A stretch of 64,000 nucleotides of DNA from Chlorokybus atmophyticus (Eukaryota > Plantae > Mesostigma and Chlorokybus algae), in assembly GCA_009103225.1 (NCBI GenBank), contig RHPI01002656.1, forward strand, positions 347,240-411,239. The letters run 5' to 3'. Shown piece after piece: positions 13,079 to 26,180 of this stretch. Each line of letters begins with the position of its first letter. The first letter of the stretch is position 1. Made by a program: the position numbers and the translations under genes. The notes beneath the pieces were generated by a model. The model searched no databases, was not told the DNA's origin, and was given only the letters and a program-made list of their open reading frames with translations.

Positions 13079-14268
13079 TAACTGCCCTGATCCGCGTCAT
13101 CTCTCTGCACGGTAGGCGCTATTGCACCAGTAACAGAGATTGCATGCAGTTGGGTAGGTTGTGTACCGGCAACGCTACCTGTACAGGAATAGTGCTTTAC
13201 CAGTCTAGTAGGCCTTCAACTTAAGAACAGACTGTGGTGAGTGACTGAGCTGTGGGGGCTATGCTGCAACCCTATGTCCCATGTTGGAATGTGTATGGAG
13301 TGGTCCGAGTAGGCATGGAAATGGTAGGGAGGTCGCTGTACTAAGCTTTGTAGGCATTTGGTAGGGAGACAGACTGGTTTAGACACTGGCGTGACTCGCA
13401 AAATCATGTAAACTTGTTGCATATGGCAACTGGTAGTTGCCAAGCACAAGCCATCATGCTGCAGGCAGGCTTCACGCCAACACCGCATGTTGCTGTACAT
13501 TGTATGTGATGGCATTCAGTTAGTGTTGCGTGCTATGTCAGCAGCACAATATACTCGACACCAGCCATTATTGTGGAGTAAGCTAACGTGATGAAATGAA
13601 TATATACTACCATTCTCTCAAGGCCCCCCTCAAAACAACCCCCCTTTGTATTGAGGGGGGAGTAGAGCAGCACAGCACGTTGCACACATATTCTAGCATA
13701 CCATCCTTTGTACATGTCTATGTACAGACACCTATGTATAGACACAAAAATTCCTAAGTTGTGGCATTGTACAGGATACGCTCGAGGCAATTGTGTTTGT
13801 ACCTGCGGGTAGTTAGCCAATAGTGTTGCTAGGCTTTTAGTACAACTACTACTCTAGCCAGTTTCAAAACACAAAAACAAACAAACCGAAGCACAGGTAA
13901 TGTGCAGACACCTATTCTACAACTATTGGCAGCCTATCCTGTACAAGAAGCCAAAGAAGCCAAAGTGTACACGAGGCGCAGTGCTCAATTGGTGCACGCG
14001 CTACTCATCCTGCAGTGTGGTCGCCCCTATACCACACATCGTGGTCCTCACAACCACACAAGTTAGCTGCAGCGCAGTACACGTAGGGAACTTCACAAAG
14101 TTTAGCATGTACAGACCCATTGCAGCACTAATTCGTCAAAGCTGTTGCCTCTGCGCACTACCCTAAGCGACATAGCAGCAAATAAGAGCTACGTCAATGC
14201 AGCCATTGCTGCACCACAACTACACGAGGACAAACTACAACATCATACTGAGAACCCACCCAACACAA

Positions 14269-15039
14269 TCAATACACCAACAATGTCAACGCCATAGCTA
14301 TACAAGAGAGCGAAACCCACGGGCTCAAGCGCTCACCTGCAACAACAACAAGATAGGCAGTCAGTGCAAGCGAGTAGCGGCACCAAGCAACTGTGACAAG
14401 GCAGGCAACAGCAAGGGGAATGCAACTCCCTTGCAATTGCAACACATGAAGCTCAAGTGTGCAAGGCGCATAAGCGCATGTGCGCATGCGCAGACCTGCA
14501 TGTATGCGTGCAGAGACATGCATAAGCACACACACGCGTACCAATCCTGGCAGCCTTCCAGAAGAGGCCTCGGAAGCCTGTGCGCTGGAGGAAGAGGCGC
14601 GGGACCTTGGCCTTGAAGTAGGTGCACGTGCAGATGGTCAGCAGCACCACCATGAGAAAGGCCTGGAAATTGAACAGGGCCGACTGCGCACAGCACGTAC
14701 GCCGCATGAGTTGTTAACGAAAGTAGGCAACGTGCATGCAGCCGTTTACACTTTACACGAGGAGGCATCGCGTGTGTCTTGACATGCACACACTCCATAA
14801 ATGGGATCAGCACGAACTTGACTGGTTGTGTTTGCTTATCAACAACACAAAGTACAGTACGAACCCGTTGTACAAGTAGGCGAATACAAGCATGCAATCA
14901 AGCGCTCGCAGGTTAACAATGAATCTCAGTCTCCAACGTTGCCAATGATAATTCTACTGCCGTAGACTGTGGCTGTGTCACACGTACCATCCAGCTAGTT
15001 TCAAGCAACGCATATGAGTGCTATCATGACGCGTACCAT
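14269..15039 (-). CDS. kish: Protein kish (TMEM167 family), ~70 aa
   Basis: Exons 14683-14542 and 14336-14269 splice to [55 protein letters not shown]. An ATG-only first exon is needed (ATG|gtacg at 15039-15037, alternative 14990-14988). Confidence 0.92.
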
Positions 15040-15529
15040 GTTGACAGCAGCAGCGTTGGGCCCAGCGTCTCACAGCCTCTCACAGCCTAACGGCGTCACC
15101 ACGCTGGACGGCACGGGGGAAACCAGACGTACCAGGCCCATCGGCACATCTATCAGCGTGATGATGTGTGCCACACTAACAGCGCATACCCAGCGCACGT
15201 CGTGTAACCACTTGCCAGCGCCACCGTTGTGACGAACGCCGCCAACGCTTGCGCAGCAAGTTGCGCTTCTGCATGTGTGCAACAACACTGCCGCCCAAAC
15301 CCTAATCTGCCTGATATACGGAGTGCTGGTAGATATCAGGATGAGTCGGCATTTATCGAGACGTCACGTGAGTCACCACTAAATGTGCTGATGCTGAAAA
15401 TAGCTCGCGGGTACTCCGCCCTGCCAGGCAGGTAGCCAGGAGGATCTGTGTACTCTGTGGGAAAGAGAGCGTGCCGTTCCCGTTAGAATGCCTGATGCAC
15501 GGCGTAGTGGATGGGTTAAACAACAATCT

Positions 15530-15545
15530 AACCCTAATTAGGGTT
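15530..15545. promoter_or_regulatory. Palindromic double telo-box AACCCTAATTAGGGTT between divergent kish and PLAT genes
   Basis: Perfect 16-bp palindrome made of two telomere-type repeats; the regulatory role is inferred. Confidence 0.5.
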
Positions 15546-15850
15546 CTGGGTGTGGGTGTGGGTGTGTACCTTTACATCCAGCTTCATCAGTGGTTCAATG
15601 CTCCTCACCTTTGATGGTCACAAGTCACACAGAAATTGTTTCAACTCATATAGCTGATATACCCTGTAACCACATTACTGTAATACCAGAACATAGCCAA
15701 GCACACACTGACTCGACAATAGGCCAGCGCTCGTGACTTGCAAGCACACACAATGCCGCCGTATATAGTTGAAACACCACCCTTTATTCCCTGTGACCAA
15801 GTAGTTCATACACAAACATAATCAACCCTGCACACATACTTACACAACTG

Positions 15851-18800
15851 ATGGGAACTCCCAGGGCACGCTCTGGCGTGCCATCTACCACTGCAACAAC
15901 CCACAACAGCTACAACAACAACAACCCCACCAGCTACAACCCTTCCGCTCCTCTCCCGGCCCACTCCACGACTGCAAGCCACAGGTCCTGGGCCGGGGTG
16001 CGAACCCCGCGCGGGGTGAACGACGAAGGGGATGAGACGGGGCTTGTGCTGGCTTCGAGTATGATGACGGGGAGGTCGGGAGCCGGGGATAGCATGGCGA
16101 TGACGGGGGAGATGTGGAGAGACGCTGTCGAAGGAGAGGAACCGGTGAGTGGATGAGGGGGGCGTTGACAAAGAAGATGTTGTTATTGTGGTCGTCGTCG
16201 TCGTCGTCGTTGTCGTTGCCGATGTTCATGTTGATGTCGATGTTGATATTGTTATACTGTGGCTGTCCGCGGCACCGCTACTGAAAGCGCACGCACACAC
16301 GCACACGCACACGCACGCGCGCGCGGATACCAACCAACTGTCATTGTCATTGTCGTTGTTGTTGCTGCAGTTGCTGTGGTGGTGGTAGTGCTGCTGTCGT
16401 CGTCGCTACAGCAGCCACAATACACAAGAGCAACAGCAGGCGTAAACAACAACAACAGCACAGCACGACGCGTTGTGCTGTCGATGTTGCTGCTTTTTTC
16501 GTCATTGGCGTTGTCGTTGCAACTGTTGCAAAAGGTGCTGTTGTGGTATCCCGTGACATTGCCATGTTGGGATCTACGGCTGTCAACATAGTCGCTGTTG
16601 TTGTTCATGGTCGGGCGCCACTGCTGTTACAATTGGTGGCACTTGTTGATACCATCTCTCGTTTCACACCACAACATCAACAAAATCAACAAGACGTACA
16701 ATCCCAACACTTCTCCCTCTGGCCTTGCAGGAGATGTCTGGCTGGTTGCTGAAGCAAGTCTCCGGCAGCAGCGGCCGCAAACACAACTCCACTCTACCAG
16801 TCACCACCGCGCGCCGATGGAAGCGCTACTGGTTCTACCTACAGGCCGACCGCCTCTGCTACAGCCCCGCACCTCCCGAACGTAAGAGCAACACCACAAC
16901 ACACAAATGAACAACAGTCCACTCACAAGCACACATGTACACACGTAAACAAACATCAAAGCAATTCAGGCAGGTACACGCACACGCATGCACCCACACA
17001 TACACCAAACCTTTACCCAACCACTCAGTGGCGGGAACAACTTCCTCCGAGCTTCATTCCAGCGCTCCCCTCCTATCCTCCCTCCTATCCTCCTCCCCTC
17101 CTCCCTCCATCAAATACCTCCCCTTAGACCGCATCCCCGTCCGCCCCATGCCCCGCGGCTACCGCGCCGACGCCGCCATCACCCACTTACCCCCCCACAC
17201 CTCTCCCTTACCCCTTAACTCCAAGCTCTCCTCCTGCTGCATCAGTCTCACTGTCGGGGGAAGGACCCACTACTTGGTCGCTCCCAGTGAGGGAGAGGCG
17301 AGGGAGTGGTGTTTGGCTCTTAGGAGGGCGTGGATGAGATACGTGTTGGTGGGGGAGAGGAGACAAACTGATAGTCATGCTGGGGGGATGGTGGTGGAGG
17401 CGTATAGGGTGGAGTTGGAAGGGGTGAAGGAGAGGTTGAAGGAGGTGGAAGGGGAGCTAAGGGAGAGGGACGCGAAGGAGTGGAGCGCGTGGCTGGAGGT
17501 GAGGGAGAGCGAGGTGGTGGAGAATAGGGTGGGGAGATATAGGTGGGTGTGCGAGTGGGTGTGTGTGTGGATGTGCGTGTGGATGTGGGTGTGAATGTGT
17601 GTGTGGGGGTACTTACTCATGCGTGCTTAGGGTTGAGGTGTATACCGGCGATGTCAAGGGCGCCAGCACAGACGCAGCAGTGTATATACAGATCTTTGGC
17701 AAGGCGCACACCACCACCACCAACAGCAGCAGCAACAGCTTCACAACCCAGACAGACAAAATCTACCTCGCCAAGTGAGTGTGTGCTCCATATGTGGACT
17801 CACATTGCCACATATCGTTAGGCAGCCCAACCACATACACACTCTGTCCACAGGAGCGACCCAACCACGACTACCAACCAGCCTCACCCTTTCCAGCGCG
17901 GTCGCGTGGACTCGTTCGACTTCATCGCGCGCGACGTCGGGCCAGAGATAGCCATGCTCGTTGTTGGGTTGGAGGTGAGGGACAAACCCACATCCACATC
18001 ACCACCGCAGTGGTACCTCGCCATGGTGAAGGTGTGGAGAGAAGGAGGAGGAGAAGAGGGAATAGTGTTCCCGTGCAACGGGTGGGTTGGAGGGAGCCAA
18101 AGTCAGATCAAAGAGTTGTGGCCTGCGATCGGGGTTGCGAGTGTGGATACCAGCGTGACGTACACGTTGATTTTCCACACGAGCGATGTGCGTGGTGCAG
18201 GCACGGACGCCAACGTGAGCGTCATGTTGGTGGGCTCACTTGACCAATCTAGTAAAACCACTTTACCCACCGGGCCGGAGTCCTTCGAGCGTGGCCGCGC
18301 AGACACCTTCCCCGTGCGATGCCGCGCGGATCTCGGGGAGATCTCAGTGCTACATGTGTCGCACGATAATGCGGGCGCGGAACCCGCGTGGCACCTCGAC
18401 TACGTGGAGGTGGTAAGGGAAGGTGGACACGCCATCGGCAACAACAACAACAACAACAAGTGGTATTTTGTTTGTGGGGAGTGGTTGCGTGACAAGGATG
18501 GGTTGGACAAAGCCCTCAGGGCTTCAAGGGTTCATCCGAGGTCTATTCGGACGGCGTACGTGATGGTGTTTCATACGAGTGATGAAAGGGGTGCGGGGAC
18601 GGACGCCAACGTGTACGTCACGCTTGTTGGGGAGCGCGGAGCGGCGCCGGAGACTAAGTTGGCGGCTCTTAAGGAGGCCTTTGAGCGCGGAAAAGCTGAC
18701 AAGGTGAGTGTGTGTGCATGCGCGCGCGCGTGTGTGTATGTGCGCACTTGTGTGTGGGTGTGCACAGGCAATCATGTGTGTTTATGTGTATGTGCGCACG

Positions 18801-21800
18801 TGTGCGCTTGCGTGTGTGTTGTGAAGACAACAAAGATGACTGATACGCAACCACTTGTGCAGTTCCGCTTGGAACTGGACAATGTTGGCCCGCTCAAGTG
18901 TCTGAGAATCAGGCAGGATGGCGCCGGTGTCGGCTCCGACTGGCACCTGGACCACGTACAAGTCAGTCACATGAACACCATTTTCACAAGATAGAACCCA
19001 ACATGTGCATCTGTTTTGAGTGTCTTGCTGCAACAGGTCACATGCCAAGCAGACCAGCGCACGACGTTCTTCCCATGCCGAGCATGGATCAAGACCAACA
19101 TCCCCACAGACCTCGCACCCTCCCTTACTGACCCCGCTACCACCCGCATCCCCTACACAATAAAGGTAATGACCACATGCTTGCTTGATTGCTCATGTTG
19201 TGCCGCAGCAGGGTGAGTCCCAACAATATATGTCTAGGTGGTCACGGGTGATGCGCGTGGGGCCGGCACGGACGCCGGCGTGTACTTGCGTCTCTTCGGC
19301 ACGCGCGGTGACTCGGATGAGTTAAAGTTGGAAGCCAACAAGGACTCCTTCGAGCGTGGCCGCACGGACACCTTCCCTATCATTCTACCTTTAGACCTCG
19401 GTGACCTTACTCGTGCGGTCGTGCGACATGACAACGTTGGGACGGCACCCGCGTGGCTCCTCGACCATGTTGTTGTGACACATACTCAAACCAACAAGTC
19501 ATGGACCTTCCCGTGCGGAATGTGGCTCGATGAAGGCTCGGGTGATAAGCTAATTTGTCGGGAGTTGATTACGGGTGGCACTCCACCCAAGCCACATGAG
19601 TACAAACTCACTGTACGCACGAGTGACGTGCGGGGAGCCGGCACGGACGCCAATGTATTCATCACAATCTTCGGGTCCCGCTTCGGGTCGCATCGATTCG
19701 ACCTCAAAGCGAGTAAGAGCGCTTTCGAGCGCGGGGCCGAGGACGTGTTCTTCGTCAAAGGTCCCGACGTTGGGGAGGTCATAGAGAGGATTAGTGTTGG
19801 ACACGACGGGTCGGGTGTTGGACCCAGTTGGCACTTGGCCGAGGTGGAGGTGCGGGACCTTACTCGTAATACAATGTGGACATTTCCATGTGGGAGGTGG
19901 CTTGGTAGTAATGAGGGTGATGGGCTAACGGAGCTTACGCTCTTTCCCGCGGGAACGCCCGGCGCGTTGAGTAAGGCGAAGTACAGAGTGACGGTGTATA
20001 CGAGTGATGTACGCGGGGCTGGCACCGATGCGCGCGTGTTTGTACGGATATTTGGGACGAAGGGACAGACTGCTGACCTGCGACTCGAGTCCAAATCCAA
20101 GTGAGTGTATGTACTTCGTGTGCTCTACTACTGCTCCGTTGCTGGCATGGAGACAGTGTCGTACTTGTGTGTGTATGTGCTGACATTGGCCAACACATAC
20201 AGGGACACCTTTGAGAGGGGTCAGAAGGATGAGTTCACCATTGAAACGCAGGCAAGGGGCCTCTCTAGTTTCCAACATCGGCACATTTACACGTCAACAA
20301 ACCTTACACACCTTACCCACCATGCGTACGTGTCATGCAGGACCTGGGTGACCTATCTCGCCTCCGCGTTGGCCACGACAACTCCGGTGTCGGCTCCGCC
20401 TGGCACCTCGCTCGCGTCGAAGTGGAGCGCCTCGGCGCTGCTGACTCCAAGTCCAAGAGGTGGGGTTTCGCGGTGCACGAATGGATCGACGCCGAGTGCT
20501 GCCCCGGAGGCGTGCCCGCGCGGGAGGTTGCCGTGGAGACGGAAGAGAAGGGGATGAAGAGGTATAAGATCACGGTGTATACGAGCGACGTGCGGGGGGC
20601 GGGCACGGATGCCAATGTGTTCGTACAGGTGAGTGTGCTGAAGGGGGGTGGGCCTTGAGATTGGCCCCATTGCAGTTGCAGTGATGACATCTTGCTGCTA
20701 TAGCCAACGTGTTGTGACACTTGTGAATGATGATGTTGGCCTTTGGGCGTAGATGTTTGGAAGTAAGGGCTCTACTCCCAGCGCTCCTCTCCCATCCAAC
20801 AAGTCCTCATTCGAGCGCAACAGCGCCGACACCTTCTTCCTCACTCTCCCCGACATCGGCACCCTCACCAAGGTCAGTCCCCCCCCCCCTCCCCACCCAC
20901 ACACCCACCCACACTCACCACCCACACCCACACCCACACCCACACCCACACCCACACCCACACCCACACAACAACCTTCCCAGCTCCGTATCGGCCACGA
21001 CAACAAGGGCTTAGGTCCCGGTTGGCACCTCTCGCACGTGGAGGTGGACACAACAACATCGGAGGGTGGAAAGGTGTACTACTTCCCGTGCGAGCAGTGG
21101 TTGGACAAGGACGAGGGTGATAACATGATTGTGAGGGAGTTGATGCCGGTTGATAAGGAAGGGCAGGGAGGTGGTGGGGGGAAGTGCAAGTATAAGGTCA
21201 CGGTGCGGACCAGCGATGTGAAGCATGCGGGGACGGATGCGAATGTCACGGTCGTGGTGTTTGGGGAGAAGGGGGATACTGGGCCCCGAGCACTGGACTC
21301 ATCAAGGTATGTTGGGTGTACGACTTGTACTCTGCAAGGCTTTAATTAGAAGTGCTGAAGTTGTTTCTGTTGTGTTGGATCAGGAATGACTTCGAGCGGG
21401 GGGCGACGGACGTGTTCACGTTTGACGCGAAGGACGTGGGCCCCATCATTAAGGTGAGTGTGGATGGACTTTGCTGCAAGCCCGCTGTTGTTGTTGTTGT
21501 TCCTGCTGTTGGCATGCATGCTTTTGGCACGCGCAACAACATAATCATTGCTCTTGCAACGCCAGATCCGTATCGGCCACGACAACCGGGGCGTCGGCGC
21601 CGGCTGGCACCTGCAAGACGTTGAGGTGGAAGCCATTACTTCAATATCAACGCATCAACTACTGTGTTGTGACGGACACACACACACACACACACACGCA
21701 AGCCCCCCCTCTCAGGTGTCCAACTTGACTATGGGCATGTCGGCCTTCTTCCCCTGCTCCCAGTGGTTCGACCGCAACGAGGGCGATGGCGCCACCGAGC

Positions 21801-24405
21801 GCGAGCTGCTGCCTGCCAACGGCGGCACCGACCCGTACGTCCGATACAGAGTAAGTGAACAGGAGTGTGGGTGTGTGGGTGTGTGTGGTGAGGGGTGAGG
21901 GGTGATATGGGGTGATGGGCAGGTGACGACGTTTACGAGTGATGTGAGGGGGGCGGGCACGGATGCGGGAGTGAATGTTGAGATACATGGGAAGAATGGC
22001 GTGTCCTCGGGTCCCAAACCACTGCGCTCAGAGGTACAATTGGACACTTGGACAACACTGTCACCTGACAAGCACACACACGCACAATCGCGTGCAATGA
22101 CCACAACATACACCTTTCCCTTTCCAGTCCAAGGATACCTTTGAGCGCGGCCGCTCTGATGTCTTCCACGTCACGTGCATGGACTGCGGCGAAGAGCTGT
22201 CATCAGTGACTGTCTCTCACGACGGCAAAGGGGTCGGGTCGAGCTGGCACCTGGAGCAGGTGGAGGTGTTCGACGAGAAGAGAGGGAGGGGGTGGTACTT
22301 CCCCGCGGCGTGCTGGCTGGATGGGAAGAGTGGGTTGAGTAAGAGGTTGATGGCGGCGAGCAAGGACCCCAGAACGGAGAAGTGCAAGTACAAGGTGGGT
22401 GGGTGGAGTGATACTTCTTATGCACTGACTGAGACTATAAACACTCTCTGCAGGTGACGGTTAGTACCTCTGATGTAAGAGGTGCGGGCACGGACGCCAA
22501 CGTGACTCTGACGTTGTACGGCGACAACGGCCGCACGTGCGAGCGCGCACTAACCACAGGTAGATGTCGCATACGTAACGAACTCATGACAAACGACCCC
22601 AACATGACCAAACTCACCCTGTTCACCCCCAGGCAAGTTCGAGCGTGGCAGCGAGGACGTCTTCTTCTTCGACGCGTTGGACATGTCCAACATTGTGAAA
22701 GCCCGCATCGGCCACGACAACTCGGGCGGCTTCGGCGCCGCGTGGCACTGCGCTGGTGTGGAGGTAGTCAACCTCACGACGGGGAAGACGGTTCTCTTCC
22801 CGTGCGGGATGTGGTTCGACGCAACACGAGGAGACAAACTCACTGTGAGGGAACTCATTGCTGGAGGGGAGGGTAACAATGTCAATGGAGCTGCCAAACC
22901 TATGAGATATAAGGTGGGTGGTGGATATGTGGGATATGTGGGTGATGTGGGTGATGTGGCTATGTGAGTTGCGGGTGTTCCTCCTACTCATGTGGTGCGG
23001 GCGCGTCATGTCCTAGGTTGTGACGTACACGAGCGACCTGCGTGGTGCCGGCACGGACGCCAACGTGTCCCTCGTTCTCCACGGCTCCCTAGGCGACTCG
23101 GGTCGTCGTGTCCTCGACTCCTCCCGCGACAACTTCGAGCGCGGGCAGGTGGACACCTTCTCCCTCGAGTCTCACCACCTCGGGGAGTTAAGAAGACTCG
23201 TCATCGGGCATGACGATAGTGGGCCGGGACCCGCGTGGCACCTGGCGCAGGTGGAAGTGATGGAGGAAGGGGGAGAAGGGAGAGTGTGGAGGTTCCCGTG
23301 CGGACAGTGGTTCGATAAGAATTGTGGGGATGGGAGGGTGGAGAGGGAGCTGGTGCCGGCGTCGGCGGGAGATAAACCACTCAACACCTGCAGGTAGTGG
23401 CACACACCATTCTATATGTGTGTGTGTGTCTGCGCGTGTGTGTGGTGTAAAAGCGGGTTGCGTTCGCACACACACATACACGCGCGCGTGTGTCGCGCGC
23501 TTCCCTCTTTTGCGAGACACTGCACTATCTCACACTTGACCCTGTGTGCAAGTTGGTTGGTTGTCAACGTCCCAATCAGCCGACACGTTGTTGTCAAGTG
23601 GCAATGTTGCGTCTGTCTCAGGTATAAGGTGACCGTGTGCACGAGCGACCTCAAGGGCGCCGGCACTGACGCCGAGGTCTTTATCGAATTGATCAACAAA
23701 CACAACACTCGTAGCGACGTGTTAAAACTCAAGTCCGGTAGTGTGGACCCCTTCGAGCGCGGCTGTGTCGACGTGTTCTTCCTCGACGTGTCCCCGCCGT
23801 TGGGCGACATAACACGCATACGCATCGGCCACGACAACCGCGGGATGGGACCAGGGTGGCACCTTGATCATGTGGAGGTGGAACCCGAGGGTGGGATGAA
23901 GAGTGTGTTCCCGTGCGGGAGGTGGTTTGATAAGAAGAGAGATGACGGGTTGATTGTGAGGGAGTTGAGTGCAGCGGAGGGGAGGGACATTAACAAGAAG
24001 TCCATGTTGTGTCGGTACCGCGTGTCCACGCGTACGAGCGATGTCAAGCACGCGGGTACCGACGCGCGCGTGAGCGTGGAGTTGTTCGGTGCGTTGGGTG
24101 CGAGCGGGGTGTTGAAGCTCGTGTCGGGAAGCAAGGATGCGTTCGAGCGCGGGCAGACGGACGTGCTTGTGGTTGAAGCGGCGGATGTCGGACCCATGAA
24201 TAAGATTGTGATTGGGCATGATGGCACGGGCATCGGCGCGGGGTGGCACCTTGCAGATGTGCATGTACTCAACACCAACACAGGCGAAGAAGCACTCTTC
24301 CCATGCCACAGGTGGGCATCACGACCGTTATTCTCTCACGCGTGTATGTATGTATGTATGTATGTATGTATGTATGTATGCAATGTGTGCATATACACAC
24401 AGTGC

Positions 24406-24436
<31 letters not shown>

Positions 24437-26180
24437 CATAAATACAGTTTACAAGTACACAATCCAACGTCACCACCCAACACACCTCCTTTCCCAGATG
24501 GCTAGACAAGAAGGAGGACGACGGCCTGACCTCACGCGAGCTGTTACCCGCAAAACAACAACAACCATCCCCACCTCCAAAGCAGCAGAAGATCGCAGCC
24601 AAGCCTCCTGTACCAACCCCGTCTCGCTACACGGTGCGCGTGTACACGAGCGACGTGCGAGGTGCTGGCACGCGCGGGACGGTGCGGTTCACGTTGTTCG
24701 GGGAGCGCGGGGACAGCGGGGAGCAGGTCGTGAGGAATGATGTTGGTGGTTCTAAGAATGACAATGTGGGGGCGTTTGAGCGCGGGGCGGTGGCGCAAGT
24801 GGAGGTGAGAGGGAAGTTCTTGGGGAGGCTGCAGAGGCTGAGGATCGGACATGACACCATGGAGAAAGGGGATGGTACGTGATCGTGTTGTGCCGACACG
24901 CATGCCAACGCAATAGGCATGTACGAATGAACGACGGCATGAGGATATATCAACACTTGTGCAGGTTGGCATCTGGATCGTGTGGATGTCATTGACCACG
25001 ATGTCAAGGACTTGTACACCTTTATGTAAGCTGCACACATCTGCCTGTGTGCGCGCCTCGTGTTTGTGTCTCTTTGTGTGCGCGCGCATGTGTGTGGGTG
25101 TGTGCATGGGTGTGTGCATGCACCTGTGCATCACCACGCCAACTAACCCCTCTTACTTGTCTTGTTCTAGTTGCCGTCGGTGGGTGGATGGCAAGCAGGA
25201 CGACGGCGCCCTCGTGTGCAACCTTCTCACCAAGGGCCCTGTCCCCGCCGCCAACCAGCCCTCTCCACCACTCCCCACACCAGCCAAAAAGAACAACAAC
25301 ATCAGCACCACTGCTGTGACGGAAGGCACGGACGCGAGGTTCACACCGTCAGACAATGAACGCGCTTCGGATGTTGAGTATAGAATAAAGGGGACCAGAC
25401 AGCAACATACTCAACATGTCACACATGAGCGTGCAAGTGATGCGGCTGCGGCCCGTCGAGTAGAAAAGGGAAACAAGCGAAGGGAAGGGTTGTCGGCAGC
25501 CAGAGTGTATAGCGATGAAGGGAGCGATGATGCATACAGCTGGCATGAAGAGGATGATGATGGGGAGGGGGAGGAGTCCACATCACGTGCAAAGACAACT
25601 TCGGGTGCAGTGAGGGATGACAGGAGGTCCTATGGTGAGACGGAGTATGAAGTGGCCGTCAAGACCGGCAGCGTACTCGGGGCCGAGACAGACGCCCAAG
25701 TGTGTACACATGCACGCATAATTTCGCAACCCAATTTCGCAACACATGTGCATGACATAAAGATTCTCCCTTTCTCAGGTGTATCTGGAGCTGGTTGGGA
25801 AGGGTGGGCATAGCAGCGGTCGTGTGCAGCTGGAGCCAGCGTTGAGACGCGGCAACCCAGGCCAGTGCTTTGGGCGGAGCAAGACGGACGTGTTCTTCAT
25901 TCGTGCGCATGAAGTTGGAGACATCGAGTTGCTGAGGTCAGAAAGGCTCTAACACCATGCACAGTGTATGTATTGACACGAGGGCGAGCACAGAGTCATA
26001 AGCAATGGTTTCTGCAGGGTTGGGCATGATGGGAAGGGATTGGGGCCGGCGTGGTTTCTGGAGAGTGTGAGCGTGCGCGGGGGCGGGGGCGCGTGGTTCT
26101 TCCCGTGCCGAAGCTGGCTGGAGAGCAGGGACCCGAAGCATGGAAGGATTGAGGTCGAGCTCCGGCCTGCTAGTCAGTAG
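15851..26180 (+). CDS. PH domain + coiled coil + 15 PLAT/LH2 repeat protein (LOXHD1-like), roughly 2400 aa, apparently intact
   Basis: Exon 1 (15851-16144) splices in phase to the PH exon 16731-16881 (SGWLLKQ..RRWKRYWFYL); the PH C-terminal helix EAREWCLALRRAW follows. Fifteen repeats of Y-x-V-x-x-x-T-S-D-x-x-GAGTDA..FERG..D.F..GHD..G..WHL..V..FPC..W start near 17540, 18160, 18557, 19150, 19600, 19980, 20563, 21190, 21843, 22388, 22907, 23622, 24015, 24627, 25643. I followed all junctions in phase to TAG at 26178-26180. Confidence 0.9.

Noticed and set aside
16149-16608. Val/Thr/His-rich ORFs on both strands
   Set aside because: Translations of GTT/CAA/CA microsatellites inside the first intron of the PLAT gene.
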